64,000 bases of DNA, taken from contig JAUWYX010000002.1 of NCBI GenBank assembly GCA_030615625.1, positions 185,918 through 249,917 on the forward strand. The letters run 5' to 3'. The position numbers and the translations under genes were made by a program. Source of the stretch: Dehalococcoidia bacterium. Its GTDB lineage: Bacteria > Chloroflexota > Dehalococcoidia > GIF9 > AB-539-J10. Each line of letters starts with the position of its first letter. Positions within the stretch are counted from its first letter, which is position 1. The notes under the pieces were generated by a model. It did no database searches, was not told the origin of the DNA, and saw nothing but the letters and a program-made list of their open reading frames with translations. This document shows positions 1-10,204 of the stretch, one piece after another.

Positions 1-36
1 AAGCACTATTCTTCTGGAGACATTCATCTTTGTTAA

Positions 37-1245
37 TTACTCCACTATTGGTCTTTCCTTAAGTGGTTTAAAGGTTATGCCTGACTCCACTCCAGGCAAC
101 GGAGCCACAGGCTCAGTAAGCAAAAACTCACCTTTTTCTATCCATTTTTTCAAGATACTGGCAATTTCCATCGCCTTGGGATAGCTAGATAAGGAAGCAG
201 TCGGGACATCCTTGCCTTGAATCTTTATAAAACCGCTCTTGAGTTCAGCGCAGCTAACCTCCCCCAGGATATCTGGCTTCATCTGGGGATAAGCCTCGGA
301 ATAGTCCACGACGGGTGCCAGAATGCCAGCATCGCTTACTGTAGTGTAGCGGAGAATTTCCTCAGAAAGTATGGGTATTGGGACACCTATGCCCACGGTT
401 AATGTGCAACCGTAACCGAGCATGCTTGTCCCTACTAACCACTCCGGCTTCATCTGCTTCAAATCTCCAATCACGGCCAGTGTCCCTGCCCCCCGCCGCG
501 GCACGCCATTATCTCCCCTGAGGGCAGTAGGGTTATGCTGCGTACCATGCCAGGCCACATAACCTATACCGCCGCCCAGGAAAATCTTCGTCCCGACACC
601 TATAGTCTTATAGTAGGGGTCATTCAACAGCGGTGAGAGTTGCCCCGCCGTAGAGTAATCAGCATTTCCCAGATTCGGCTTAAGCACCCCCATATAGGTA
701 TAGATAACCTTATTGGAGATGTTCACCGCCACATTATAGTTCTGGTAGGCATTTCTGAGATTAAATAGAATTGCCTCATTTATGTCCTTAATGTTGATTA
801 AGGTCTCCAGCTTTTTCCTGGGGTAGCAGTCCGTTCCAAAAGCGGTGGCGGTAAGTATTATGTCTTTCCCCGCTACCAGCTCCTCGATTACATGTCCACC
901 ACCATAATTGAACTCCCCCGGGTAGAACTTATTCCTGGGGTCATCATCGGGAAGGGCAGTTGCCCCGAGGAAAATATCAACAGCAGCTGTCCCGGTATAG
1001 ACCGGAACATCATTAAGGTAAACCTTGCCGCCGCCAAGTTTTATCCTTGGCCTGGAATGTCCAACATTGAAAAAAGCACCGGACCCACACATGGGGCTGA
1101 AGGTACCAGTGGTAACTACATCAATTTCCTCGGCCGCCCTGCTTACGCCTTTCTCCTTAGCGATGTTAATCACTTCCTCGGCAGTCACCACTACTGCCTT
1201 ACCTTTTCTGATTTTCTCGTTGATTTCAGCTATTGTCTTTGCCAT
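37..1245 (-). CDS. COG1900/DUF39-family homocysteine biosynthesis protein (sulfide-dependent route of anaerobes)
   Basis: ORF 37..1347 trimmed to the ATG at 1245 (MAKTIAEINEK...), because the longer form runs into the end of the upstream gene. The product is 402 aa. Conserved blocks VVTTGTFSPMCGSGAFFN, NYGGGHVIE and GVGTKIFLGGGIGYV were recognised from memory of the family. Confidence 0.7.
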   Translation of the reverse strand: MAKTIAEINEKIRKGKAVVVTAEEVINIAKEKGVSRAAEEIDVVTTGTFSPMCGSGAFFNVGHSRPRIKLGGGKVYLNDVPVYTGTAAVDIFLGATALPDDDPRNKFYPGEFNYGGGHVIEELVAGKDIILTATAFGTDCYPRKKLETLINIKDINEAILFNLRNAYQNYNVAVNISNKVIYTYMGVLKPNLGNADYSTAGQLSPLLNDPYYKTIGVGTKIFLGGGIGYVAWHGTQHNPTALRGDNGVPRRGAGTLAVIGDLKQMKPEWLVGTSMLGYGCTLTVGIGVPIPILSEEILRYTTVSDAGILAPVVDYSEAYPQMKPDILGEVSCAELKSGFIKIQGKDVPTASLSSYPKAMEIASILKKWIEKGEFLLTEPVAPLPGVESGITFKPLKERPIVE

Positions 1246-1258
1246 AGCAAACTTAACC

Positions 1259-2032
1259 TTATTTAAGCAACTCCATAGCCACCCGGGCAGCTTTTTTACC
1301 GGATAAAAGCATGCCACCAAAAATTGCTCCCATCCTCGGGGAACCAAAAACGGCGTTCGCCGTCATACCAGCGACTACTAACCCGGGATAGACCTCCCTG
1401 GTGTTTTTCAATATTTCCCTTTCCCCTCTCTCAGCCCACATGGACTTCTCCCCCATCACCTCTCCCGTCTTCGTCCTTAACTTCGGACCTATTTTCCTCA
1501 CCACGATACCGCAGACTTCAGCGTCATGCCCGGTGGCATCTACAGCCACCTTGCACCTTACAGTTAGAGGGTCCACATGAAGCTTGGACCAGGAAACAGC
1601 GCTCCAATTCAAAACAAGCCCGGTAATCCTGTCATCTTCCCGAATCATGACATCTTCAACACTAATCAAATTGAAAATCTGCGCCCCGGCTTTTATAGCC
1701 CTTGAGCAGATAGTGGAAATAGCCTCCAGCGAATCAGCGACATAGTACCCTTTTTCATATTCTTTAGCCGAAACTTCAAACTCGTCCAATATCCTCTTGC
1801 CTTCCTCCTGAAGAACGATGCGGTTAAACATCATCCCTCCCCCAGGCATGCCGCCGCCAACACGAAGCTGTCTTTCAAATACTATCACCTTTATTCCCTC
1901 TTTCGCCAGATAGTATGCAGTAACAAGCCCAGCCGGCCCTGCCCCAGCTACAGCGACATCCGCTTCCATCGCCCCCATGAAGTCTTTCATGTAGCTTTCA
2001 ACAATGGCACGGGAAATAATAACTTCATCCAT
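1259..2032 (-). CDS. thi4: Thi4-family thiazole synthase-like flavoprotein (paralog 1)
   Basis: 257 aa with dinucleotide fold VAVAGAGPAGL. Blocks GGGMPGGGMMF, VDATGHDAEV and GSPRMGAIFGGMLLSG are typical of Thi4/THI4. Confidence 0.75.
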   Translation of the reverse strand: MDEVIISRAIVESYMKDFMGAMEADVAVAGAGPAGLVTAYYLAKEGIKVIVFERQLRVGGGMPGGGMMFNRIVLQEEGKRILDEFEVSAKEYEKGYYVADSLEAISTICSRAIKAGAQIFNLISVEDVMIREDDRITGLVLNWSAVSWSKLHVDPLTVRCKVAVDATGHDAEVCGIVVRKIGPKLRTKTGEVMGEKSMWAERGEREILKNTREVYPGLVVAGMTANAVFGSPRMGAIFGGMLLSGKKAARVAMELLK

Positions 2033-2039
2033 CCTTAGT

Positions 2040-2290
2040 CAGCCCCCTTTTGGCTACTGGAGCGGCGGCTTGGAAGACGTGCTGGCTAGTATACCCCTAT
2101 TGGCAAGCAATGTCCAGCCACTTGAGGTTTTTGTCAATGCGCGCGCCTCACTTTTTTTGTCGTTGCGAGCCCTTCCCCTTTTGTCTTTGCGAGCCCCGAC
2201 TTGTCGGGGCGTGGCAATCTCATTACCATTCCACGAGATTGCTTCGTCTGACTTCGTCAGCCTCGCAATGACAAGAGGCGGGTGGTAAAA
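2040..2290. repeat. Cluster of short palindromic intergenic repeats (CATTGCGAG / GGCAATCT family)
   Basis: Units such as tgtcgttgcgagccc, tgtctttgcgagccc, gtggcaatctc and gattgcttcgtctgacttcgtcagcctcgcaatgaca recur at 29320, 31735, 35905, 36232, 40155, 41715, 42060 and 53240. Confidence 0.85.
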
Positions 2291-2314
2291 AAGAGCGGTG
2301 ACCCGGGCTCACCC
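2287..2314 (-). terminator. Possible intrinsic terminator after the binding-protein gene
   Basis: On the minus strand GGTGA-N7-TCACC is followed by GCTCTTTTTT. The stem is short. Confidence 0.35.
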
Positions 2315-2355
2315 AAGGTCTATCAATGGGCTACTGACCTTGCTCCGGTTGTTCT

Positions 2356-3930
2356 CTACTCAGGCGTGTGGTGGTCGATTACATTCTGCGGTATTACGAG
2401 GGCCACCGTGCCGGAGTACTCAAAGTTCCAGCAGCCGTACTGGTCAGTCAACGCCTCGTCGTAGTCGTCTCCGAAATCTATTGGCCAGACGCCCACCTTC
2501 TTCCACTGACCAGCCTCGTCGTCCCATTGCCACTGGACGCCAACGCCGGTCAAGAGGCCAGGACCATAGGCCAAGTCATGAGTAGTATGTGCTGGCATCG
2601 TCCAGTCCTTCACATCATACGTATACGTATAGTTATAGCTATCAAGGTCATACAACGAGCGTACCTGGGCCTCGGTGAGTGCTGGCTTCCCGGCTGCCGT
2701 GGTTCCCGGCCTGGGATAATAGGTGGTCAAGCCAGTTGTGGTCACCTGGGCGTTTGCCGGATCTTCCATCCATTGAATAATGTCGTCAGCCCACGCGTAT
2801 GCAACTCCGTCCTCCGCGTCGTACCACGCCACCGCTTCGATGGCCGCTTTCAGACCCAAAAAAGCATCATAGGTAGCCACGGTATTGAGTGGGTACTCTC
2901 CTGAGGTAAAGGTCATGAACGCGTCAAGGAAAGCTGCCGTCTTCTCGGTCTGCTCTAGACCCTCTGCCCAGGCATCCAGTATAACCTCATAAGCACAAGC
3001 CGGGGGACTCTCTTCATTGTCAAGGGCTCCCCAAGGGGACTTGAGTTGAGCAAGTACGTTAATGCCTACCGACATAGCATTCGTTACATCAGATGCACGC
3101 AGCACATCATAGAGAGCGCCAGCATCCGCGGAGAATAGAGGGATGATAAACTGGGGGTCCAAGCCTGCTATTGAGGTCAGTACATTCTGCATTTCTACTG
3201 TGCTTCCCGTTGCATCTACCCAATATGGGTCGTGGACAAGATTCACGTTTATACCCTCTAGCAGTCCCGTGATAACTACTACTTGCTCATAGGCCCATGC
3301 CAAATTATCAGCGATTATGGTGACATTCAGCGCATAATCAGCTGCTACTCCCATTTCCTCTCTGAGTTTTATTGCGACCACTCCCAGTGTTCTTACAACG
3401 CTCTGGCCCCAAAAATACTCATTGTACGGCGTGCCCTTGAACCAGAACCGGTAGCCCGCGTAATCGTTGACTACGCTGTGTTGTAGCGTCTCTGCGGCAG
3501 CACCACAGTTGATGAAAATCACCCCCTTATCCATAGCCACATCCCGGTAGACCTCAACGGCTTCTGCCCGGAAACCGCCGAGGATGAAGTCCACGCCGTC
3601 TATCGCAGCTGTAAGATTCAATACGCCAGTGAGACCAGTAGGGTCCACGGTTTCTTCACCGGTCTCTATGGGGACCAACTCGAAGATATAGGACACGCCG
3701 TCTATGTCTACCCCACCATTGCCGTTGATTGCCTCCTGTGCCAGCGTAGCGCCTGCCCATTGCATCGCGCCAGCCGTGTAGTTCAGTTCCCCGGCTACAC
3801 CGATATTAATCTTCCCACCTTCGAAGACATAGAGTACTGGTTCGGGTTCTTCTTCGGAAGGAGCACAGCTAGATAGGACCAACCCTATCACCAGCAGACT
3901 GGCCATAATCAGGAAAACAATTCTTTTCAC
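2356..3930 (-). CDS. Lipoprotein, type-1 periplasmic substrate-binding protein (LivK-like ABC SBP), paralog 1
   Basis: GTG start, signal peptide plus lipobox (LVLSSC), and blocks GGFRAEAV and IFINCGAA. It is a clear full-length paralog of ORF 29970..31652. Confidence 0.7.
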   Translation of the reverse strand: MKRIVFLIMASLLVIGLVLSSCAPSEEEPEPVLYVFEGGKINIGVAGELNYTAGAMQWAGATLAQEAINGNGGVDIDGVSYIFELVPIETGEETVDPTGLTGVLNLTAAIDGVDFILGGFRAEAVEVYRDVAMDKGVIFINCGAAAETLQHSVVNDYAGYRFWFKGTPYNEYFWGQSVVRTLGVVAIKLREEMGVAADYALNVTIIADNLAWAYEQVVVITGLLEGINVNLVHDPYWVDATGSTVEMQNVLTSIAGLDPQFIIPLFSADAGALYDVLRASDVTNAMSVGINVLAQLKSPWGALDNEESPPACAYEVILDAWAEGLEQTEKTAAFLDAFMTFTSGEYPLNTVATYDAFLGLKAAIEAVAWYDAEDGVAYAWADDIIQWMEDPANAQVTTTGLTTYYPRPGTTAAGKPALTEAQVRSLYDLDSYNYTYTYDVKDWTMPAHTTHDLAYGPGLLTGVGVQWQWDDEAGQWKKVGVWPIDFGDDYDEALTDQYGCWNFEYSGTVALVIPQNVIDHHTPE

Positions 3931-4113
3931 TGCGTATCAACTTCCTTCTTAGTTTGCAGTTGCTTGATTCATCAAGCTAACCTCTGGTGCTGGAAGAAAC
4001 CGGTCGTCCACCAGTTGCCTCCAGCAAATTAGTCCTTATAATACACTATACCGATAGATATCGATAGAACCATCTGCTTTCTTGCTTCTGGTCTCCAGAT
4101 TCTTGTAGTTGCC
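3931..4113 (-). promoter_or_regulatory. Conserved structured 5' leader shared with the paralogous SBP gene (copy 1)
   Basis: The minus-strand sequence GGCAACTACAAGAATCTGGAGACCAGAAGCAAG...GGTTCTATCG...TATAGTGTA...GCTGGAGGCAACTGG-TGGACGA-CCGGTTTCTTCCAGCACC aligns block by block with 29810-29969. Confidence 0.5.
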
Positions 4114-4260
4114 TGATTTATCAGACCCGGTTGCTAAAAGCTTTGCATTTTGAGTTGTCATCTTGATTTTTGCCTTCTGCCTTTTGAATTGTAACAGCTA
4201 AATGCTAAAATTCCGTTAAGATTTATGGAGCTGTGGCAATTTTGTAGCGAGCTGGGGTAT
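4114..4260. repeat. Intergenic repeat mosaic (CCTGATAAATCAGG hairpin, AT-rich CAAAATGACAA family, 62-nt element)
   Basis: 4186-4247 (reverse complement) matches 29522-29583 at about 53 of 62 positions by hand alignment. The gcctgatttatcag hairpin also occurs at 28755 and 29270. Confidence 0.7.
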
Positions 4261-4343
4261 TAGAGGGGGGAATAGATCCTCACCTGTCCTCTCCCTTCAA
4301 AAGAGAAGGATTCCCATGGAGATTTTGGGTCATACCGTAGTAG

Positions 4344-5711
4344 CTATCTCTTATTATACCTCCATCTTGTTCCTTGATGGGTATCTTCAAGGGTTACTCC
4401 TAAATCGGCCAATCCACTTCTAATTTTATCGGCTAGCTGCCACTGTTGGTTTTGACGCAAATCATCCCTAGTGGATGCTAGGAGACTGATAAATGCTTCT
4501 GCGTCGGGTGTGGGTTGTGTCTTTTCTTTTAAAGTAAGACCTAGGATGCCTCCTAGCTTCAGGAGGGTAAGCTGCGCTTCAGTTATATTTGCACCCTGTT
4601 CAGCACTCCGGTTTATTTCCCTTGTCAATTCGAAGAGCACTGCTATTGCCTGCGCAGTATTGAAGTCGTCGTCTATGGCTTCGACAAATTTCTGCTCAAA
4701 GGGCTCCGCGTTGAGTATAGCAACTCCCTCGTCTGCATTAGCTTGATGGGTCAATGCCCAACGTAATCTTTCTGCGCCCCTCTCGCTTGCTTCCAGAGCC
4801 TCTTCACTATAGGTAAGTGGATTCCTATAATGCGAGCTAAGTATAAAAAGGCGAATTGCATCAGAACTAAAGCGGCCTAGAGCGTCTTTGATGCTTACTA
4901 AATTACCAGTAGACTTACTCATTTTTTGCTTGTCCTGTTGCATTAACCCATTATGTAGCCAGTATCGAGCAAAGGGAACTACCTCGGTGAAACTTTCTGA
5001 TTGTGCTATCTCGTTCTCGTGATGAGGAAAGACGAGGTCTTGTCCGCCACCATGGATGTCTATGCTGTCGCCGAGGTACTTTAACACCATAGCACTGCAC
5101 TCTATGTGCCACCCTGGCCTACCCTTCCCCCAAGGACTCTCCCAGAAGGGTTCACCAGGCTTTGACGCTTTCCATAAAGCGAAATCTAACGGATATTCCT
5201 TCTTTTCTTCATAGCTGCTAGCTTTAGGAATCATCTCTGCCAGGTTCCGGCGACTTAGCTTGCCGTAGTCGGAAAAATTCCTGACGCGGAAATAAACACT
5301 CCCCTCAGACTCGTAAGCGTAACCTTTAGCAAGTAGACCTTGTATAATTTCAATAACTTTTGGTATTTCTTCGGTTGCCCTGGGATAGACATCCGCTCGC
5401 TCTACATTTAATGCATCCATATTAGCAAAGTACTGGTCAGTGTATTTAATGGCTAGCTCTGCTGGCGGAAGTCCCGACTGATTGGCACGATCTATAATCT
5501 TGTCGTCTATGTCGGTAAAGTTTTGTACATGCTTAACTTTATAGCCCTTGAATCCTAGATAGCGCTTGATTACATCGAAGATTATGTAGGTCATGGCATG
5601 CCCGATATGGCTTTCGTCATAAGCGGTAATGCCACACACATACATGCTCACCACTCCGCTGCGGGGATGAAAATCCTCTTTTTGTCCGGTTAAAGTATTA
5701 AATACTTTCAT
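4344..5711 (-). CDS. cysS: Cysteine--tRNA ligase
   Basis: HIGHAMTY (HIGH) and KMSKSTGN (KMSKS) class I motifs. Start trimmed to MKVFNTLTG (ATG 5711), which is preceded by GGGGAAAAGAG. Confidence 0.9.
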   Translation of the reverse strand: MKVFNTLTGQKEDFHPRSGVVSMYVCGITAYDESHIGHAMTYIIFDVIKRYLGFKGYKVKHVQNFTDIDDKIIDRANQSGLPPAELAIKYTDQYFANMDALNVERADVYPRATEEIPKVIEIIQGLLAKGYAYESEGSVYFRVRNFSDYGKLSRRNLAEMIPKASSYEEKKEYPLDFALWKASKPGEPFWESPWGKGRPGWHIECSAMVLKYLGDSIDIHGGGQDLVFPHHENEIAQSESFTEVVPFARYWLHNGLMQQDKQKMSKSTGNLVSIKDALGRFSSDAIRLFILSSHYRNPLTYSEEALEASERGAERLRWALTHQANADEGVAILNAEPFEQKFVEAIDDDFNTAQAIAVLFELTREINRSAEQGANITEAQLTLLKLGGILGLTLKEKTQPTPDAEAFISLLASTRDDLRQNQQWQLADKIRSGLADLGVTLEDTHQGTRWRYNKR

Positions 5712-5792
5712 CTCTTTTCCCCAGTGGGTGACTGACAACCGTCTCAGTCTTATTCAGCGAATCATATCTCAGGTCGGCTAAATTTTCAAAAC

Positions 5793-5821
5793 TTGACAAG
5801 CTTATCACCCCATGTTATTTT
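5793..5821 (+). promoter_or_regulatory. Sigma70-like promoter for the Rrf2-cysK operon
   Basis: TTGACA (5793-5798), 17-nt spacer, TATTTT (5816-5821). The 5-bp inverted repeat GTTGA-N9-TCAAC lies just downstream. Confidence 0.4.
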
Positions 5822-5863
5822 ATACTAAGTTGATTATTTTTGTCAACAATTAAGGAGAAGTCA

Positions 5864-6307
5864 ATGAAACTTTCTACCAGGGGACGATATGGAGTGAGGG
5901 CACTTTTGGATTTGGCTCTTCATCAAGGTGAAGGGTTGATTCTATTAAAGGATATCGCCCGGAGGCAAGAGGTTTCACTGCCGTATCTGGAGCATTTGAT
6001 CACTCCTCTTATAGCTGCCGGCCTGGTGAAGAGCACACGGGGGGCTCGGGGTGGTGTCTTGCTACTTAAGCCGCCCTCGGAGATCAAGCTCAGTGAAGTT
6101 GTTCAACTTCTCGAAGGCTCAATTGCCCCAACGGACTGTGTCAATAATCCTGATACATGCCATCGCTCCGACTTTTGTGCTACCCGTGATATCTGGATTG
6201 ATATGAAGAAGGCAATGATTCAAGTTCTGGACGGAATGACATTACAGGACCTGGCAGATCGGCAGAGAGAGAAGGTGCAACCTGAAAAGGAGATGTATCA
6301 CATTTGA
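5864..6307 (+). CDS. Rrf2-family transcriptional regulator (IscR/CymR-like)
   Basis: MKLSTRGRYGVRALLDLAL is the typical Rrf2 N-terminal wHTH. A Cys cluster CVNNPDTCHRSDFC is present. The ATG at 5864 follows AAGGAGAAG. Confidence 0.85.
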   Translation: MKLSTRGRYGVRALLDLALHQGEGLILLKDIARRQEVSLPYLEHLITPLIAAGLVKSTRGARGGVLLLKPPSEIKLSEVVQLLEGSIAPTDCVNNPDTCHRSDFCATRDIWIDMKKAMIQVLDGMTLQDLADRQREKVQPEKEMYHI

Positions 6308-6398
6308 GAGGCCTTTAGCCCGGGAAATGTGTTTAAAGATATAGATAAAGCTTGTACCGATTATTTCGTTTATTATTTATGACCAGGAGGAAAACAAA

Positions 6399-7412
6399 AT
6401 GGCAAAGATAGCTCAAAATGTGGAGTTGCTTCAATATAAGACAGTGGAGATACCGAAGCTAACTAGGGGGATAGCTAACGACTCTACCGAGTTGATCGGG
6501 AATACGCCCTTAGTGAGGCTGAACCGGGTAACCGAGGGGGTGAAGGCAGAAGTGGTGGCTAAGCTTGAATCCTTTAATCCCCTGGGAAGTGTAAAGGACA
6601 GAATCGGGGTAGCAATGATTGTTGACGCTGAAGAGAAAGGGCTCATCAACGAAGATACGGTAATTGTCGAGCCCACCAGCGGCAACACTGGAATCGCTCT
6701 AGCTTTTGTCTGCGCTGCCAGGGGATACAGGCTCATCCTCACCATGCCTGACACTATGTCTTTGGAGCGGAGGCAGCTCCTCTCTATTTTTGGAGCCGCG
6801 CTGGTCTTGACTCCTGGGGCGGAAGGGATGCCGGGGGCGGTGAGGAAGGCGGAACAATTGGTGGCAGAGAATACCAATTACTTTATGCCCCAGCAGTTTA
6901 ACAATCCAGCAAATCTCGAGATACACCGACTGACTACCGCAGAAGAGATCTGGAGGGATACTGGAGGTGAAGTAAATATTCTGGTCTCTGGTGTGGGAAC
7001 GGGAGGGACGATCACCGGAGTAGCTGAGGTTATAAGGAAAAAGAAGCCTGAATTTAAGGCTATTGCTGTTGAGCCGACTGATTCCCCGGTTCTCTCCGGG
7101 GGCAAGCCTGGTTCTCATAAGATTCAGGGTATTGGCGCGGGATTTATACCCCAAATTCTCAAGCTAGATTTGGTTGACGAGATTATCAGAGTTACCAATG
7201 AAGATGCCGGAATAATGGCCAGGAGATTAGCTAAAGAGGAAGGGATACTGGCTGGCATATCCTCAGGCGCAGCAACCTGGGCAGCATTAGAGGTAGCCAA
7301 AAGAGCAGAAAACCAAGGCAAGCTTATCGTAGTGGTTCTACCTGACACGGGAGAGCGCTACCTGTCTACCTGGCTTTTCCAGGAACTGTACCAGGCGTCA
7401 TCAGGTCCATAA
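6399..7412 (+). CDS. cysK: Cysteine synthase A (O-acetylserine sulfhydrylase)
   Basis: [22 protein letters not shown] (PLP lysine), [12 protein letters not shown] and [10 protein letters not shown]. Confidence 0.9.
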   Translation: MAKIAQNVELLQYKTVEIPKLTRGIANDSTELIGNTPLVRLNRVTEGVKAEVVAKLESFNPLGSVKDRIGVAMIVDAEEKGLINEDTVIVEPTSGNTGIALAFVCAARGYRLILTMPDTMSLERRQLLSIFGAALVLTPGAEGMPGAVRKAEQLVAENTNYFMPQQFNNPANLEIHRLTTAEEIWRDTGGEVNILVSGVGTGGTITGVAEVIRKKKPEFKAIAVEPTDSPVLSGGKPGSHKIQGIGAGFIPQILKLDLVDEIIRVTNEDAGIMARRLAKEEGILAGISSGAATWAALEVAKRAENQGKLIVVVLPDTGERYLSTWLFQELYQASSGP

Positions 7413-7431
7413 AAAGTGGAATGTATTACAC

Positions 7432-7463
7432 GCTGAGATGGAGGAATTTCCCTCCATCTCAGC
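7432..7463 (+). other. Perfect 13-bp stem hairpin between cysK and thi4 paralog 2
   Basis: GCTGAGATGGAGG-AATTTC-CCTCCATCTCAGC is followed by CCAAAAAAC, with no U-tract on either strand. Confidence 0.6.
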
Positions 7464-7485
7464 CAAAAAACAAAAGGAGGAGTAA

Positions 7486-8289
7486 ATGGAGTTTTCAGAA
7501 ATATCCGAAAAACAGATTACGAAGGCGATCATATCAGAGTTCAGCAGGGAATTTGAGGATTACATCGAAACCGATGTAATCGTAGTAGGTGCTGGACCTA
7601 GCGGGCTTATTGCCTCAAAAGAACTCGCAGAGAAGGGCGTAAAAACGCTCCTTATCGAGAGCAACAACTACCTCGGTGGAGGCTTTTGGATCGGCGGTTA
7701 TCTAATGAACAAGATAACACTGAGGGCTCCGGCTCAGGGGATTCTGAATGAAATTGGAGCCCCATACAAAGAGGCGGAGGAGGGATTGTATGTGGCAAAT
7801 GGACCACACGCATGCTCTAAGTTAATTGCCGCAGCTTGTGACGCCGGCGTTAAGGTATTAAGCATGACCAAGTTCGATGATGTGGTGATAAGAGAAAACC
7901 GTGTCTGTGGGGTAGTCATCAACTGGACGCCTGTATCGGCACTTCCAAGGGCGATCACCTGCGTCGACCCAATTGGTATGGAATCAAAACTCGTCATCGA
8001 TGCCACAGGACATGATGCTGTGGTTGTTCGTTCACTCGCGAAGCGAGGTCTGGTGAATATCAAAGGATTTGACGGCATGTGGGTTGCACAATCGGAGGAC
8101 GTGGTTGTTGAGTATACAAAAGAGATATACCCGGGCCTAATTGTAGCGGGAATGGCGGTTGCCACCACATTTGGTCTTCCCAGGATGGGTCCGACTTTTG
8201 GCGCTATGCTCTTCTCAGGAAAGAGGGCTGCAAAAGCTGCTCTGGAGCTTTTATCAAAGGAACAGTCTTTAGTCGGCATCACCTCTTAA
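7486..8289 (+). CDS. thi4: Thi4-family thiazole synthase-like flavoprotein (paralog 2)
   Basis: [21 protein letters not shown] and [16 protein letters not shown]. It is collinear with ORF 1259..2032. Confidence 0.75.
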   Translation: MEFSEISEKQITKAIISEFSREFEDYIETDVIVVGAGPSGLIASKELAEKGVKTLLIESNNYLGGGFWIGGYLMNKITLRAPAQGILNEIGAPYKEAEEGLYVANGPHACSKLIAAACDAGVKVLSMTKFDDVVIRENRVCGVVINWTPVSALPRAITCVDPIGMESKLVIDATGHDAVVVRSLAKRGLVNIKGFDGMWVAQSEDVVVEYTKEIYPGLIVAGMAVATTFGLPRMGPTFGAMLFSGKRAAKAALELLSKEQSLVGITS

Positions 8290-8340
8290 GAAATATGTTA
8301 CTACAAAAGTTAGCTAATAGGTAACAGGGGAAAGCGATTA

Positions 8341-9054
8341 ATGTTTAAGACGTTAAGAGAAGATATTCAAACGGTTTTTGCCAAAGACCCCGCGGCAAGG
8401 AGTACGCTGGAGGTCATTTTCTGCTATCCTGGCCTCCACGCCCTCTGGTTTCATCGTCTCGCCCACTTACTCTGGCGACATAAGCTCCGATTCCTAGCTC
8501 GTCTCCTGTCCCACCTCAATCGCTTCCTAACAGGCATCGAAATTCACCCTGGAGCCAAGATTGGCAGGAGGTTCTTTATCGACCATGGGGTAGGGGTGGT
8601 CATTGGAGAGACGGCTGAGATTGGGGATGATGTCTTGCTGTATCAGGGGGTTGTCCTGGGTGGAACGACTTTGAAGAGGGAGAAACGCCACCCTACCATT
8701 AACAAAAATGTGGTGATGGGAACCGGTGCAGTAGCCCTAGGTGCCATCACGATAGGAGACAGGGCTCGGATTGGTGCTGGCTCAGTGGTGGTAAAGTCAG
8801 TGCCGCCTGGGGCTACGGTGGTGGGAATTCCAGGAAGAATAGCAGAGGACCACCGAAAACCGCTCATGGATTTGGAACATGGTAACTTACCTGACCCGGT
8901 GGCGGAAGCTGTCAGGTTCGTCTTAAGAGAGCAGGACAAACTAGAGGAACGTTTGAGAATCTTGGAGAGTGCCAGTGGAATAGCGTCTCCCAAAGACGAA
9001 TTACAGGAGAAGATAATGATAGAAACGGTATTTAGCCAAGGAGGGGGAATATGA
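8341..9054 (+). CDS. cysE: Serine O-acetyltransferase
   Basis: [57 protein letters not shown] and hexapeptide repeats. Confidence 0.9.
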   Translation: MFKTLREDIQTVFAKDPAARSTLEVIFCYPGLHALWFHRLAHLLWRHKLRFLARLLSHLNRFLTGIEIHPGAKIGRRFFIDHGVGVVIGETAEIGDDVLLYQGVVLGGTTLKREKRHPTINKNVVMGTGAVALGAITIGDRARIGAGSVVVKSVPPGATVVGIPGRIAEDHRKPLMDLEHGNLPDPVAEAVRFVLREQDKLEERLRILESASGIASPKDELQEKIMIETVFSQGGGI

Positions 9055-10193
9055 GATTTGAAACGATAGCCATTCATGCCGGGGATAGGCCAGATGCAAC
9101 AACCGGCGCTATTTCGGTGCCCATCCACCAGACATCAACATTCGTGTTTGAGGATGTGGGCAAGACAAGGGGATGGGATTACTCCCGCACGGCAAACCCA
9201 ACGAGGAAGGTTCTGGAAGATACTATCGCTCAGCTTGAAGGAGGAAAAGCCGGGTTTGCCTTTGCCACCGGTATGGCGGCTGAGACGACAGTTATGCACC
9301 TTTTGAAAACAGGCGACCATGTAATCTCGGGAGACGATGTCTACGGAGGAACCTACAGATTATTTCAGGATGTGATGCCTGCCTTTGGTCTGGAGTTTAC
9401 CTTTCTCAGATTGAACGACCGGAAAAGAATTGAGGAGGCAATAAAGCCCAATACCAGGATGTTGTGGTTAGAGACTCCCTCTAATCCACTACTCAACATC
9501 GTTGACATTGAGATGGTGGTTGATACTGCTAAGAAACACAAGTTGCTGACAGTAATAGATAATACCTTTGCCACCCCATATTTCTTAAAACCGATTGAGT
9601 ACGGAGTTGACCTTGTTGTCCACTCTACCACCAAGTACCTCAACGGGCACTGTGATGTTGTCGGTGGCGCTGTGGTGACCACCACCGATGAACTAACTGA
9701 GAGGTTGCAATTTCTACTCAATGCCATGGGAACCTGTGCTGCCCCCTTCGACTGCTGGCTGGTGCTCCGGGGGATTGAGACTCTCCCTGTGAGGATGAAG
9801 CAACATGAGGAGAATTCCTTTGCCGTGGCAAACTATCTTAAGGGACATCCTAAAGTAAAGAGGGTGCTCTATCCTGGACTCGAGTCCCATAGGGGACACG
9901 AAATCGCCAAGAGACAGATGAAAGGATTCGGTGGGGTAGTGTCCTTTGAACTGGGAGGTGGTATTGAAGGTGTTAATACCTTTCTAAGAAAGCTCAAGGT
10001 CTTTTCTCTGGCGGAATCGCTGGGTGGTGTCGCTTCTCTTGCTGAGCATCCAGCTACCATGAGTCATGCCTCGATGACCAAGGATTATAGGGAGAAGGTG
10101 GGGATTACCGATGAACTGATCAGGTTATCGGTTGGTTTGGAGAATGTTGATGATTTGACTGAGGATTTAGACCAGGCGCTCGAGCGCCTATGA
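9051..10193 (+). CDS. Cys/Met-metabolism PLP-dependent enzyme (cystathionine gamma-lyase / gamma-synthase / beta-lyase family)
   Basis: YSRTANPT, the ETPSNPLL block and [15 protein letters not shown] (PLP lysine). There is an ATGA overlap with cysE. Confidence 0.85.
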   Translation: MRFETIAIHAGDRPDATTGAISVPIHQTSTFVFEDVGKTRGWDYSRTANPTRKVLEDTIAQLEGGKAGFAFATGMAAETTVMHLLKTGDHVISGDDVYGGTYRLFQDVMPAFGLEFTFLRLNDRKRIEEAIKPNTRMLWLETPSNPLLNIVDIEMVVDTAKKHKLLTVIDNTFATPYFLKPIEYGVDLVVHSTTKYLNGHCDVVGGAVVTTTDELTERLQFLLNAMGTCAAPFDCWLVLRGIETLPVRMKQHEENSFAVANYLKGHPKVKRVLYPGLESHRGHEIAKRQMKGFGGVVSFELGGGIEGVNTFLRKLKVFSLAESLGGVASLAEHPATMSHASMTKDYREKVGITDELIRLSVGLENVDDLTEDLDQALERL

Positions 10194-10204
10194 AGTAGGA
10201 TTTG

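Noticed and set aside
1246-1347. The longer N-terminal extension of the COG1900 ORF. Similar upstream extensions occur for cysS, the Rrf2 regulator, DUF2318, the NIL protein, the ArsF-like protein, the Fe-S protein, livF, the membrane protein at 45204, the ORF at 56683 and the ORF at 58793.
   Set aside because: The extensions overlap neighbouring genes or lack an RBS. An internal ATG or TTG with a good Shine-Dalgarno sequence coincides with the conserved family N-terminus, so I used the trimmed starts.
5712-5863. Possible T-box or S-box riboswitch in the divergent cysS/Rrf2 intergenic region.
   Set aside because: The region is only about 150 nt, is shared by two divergent promoters, and shows none of the long conserved stems or the T-box or SAM-I core sequences I know.
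6431-8282. Long antisense or overlapping ORFs inside well-supported genes. Examples are 6431..6877, 6699..7154, 7734..8282, 8643..9128, 16156..16809, 26203..26751, 34087..34548, 37686..38384, 38557..39117, 39202..39810 and 41024..41440.
   Set aside because: Each is fully embedded opposite or out of frame within a CDS that has clear family motifs. They have skewed low-complexity composition and no recognisable domains, so they are shadow ORFs.
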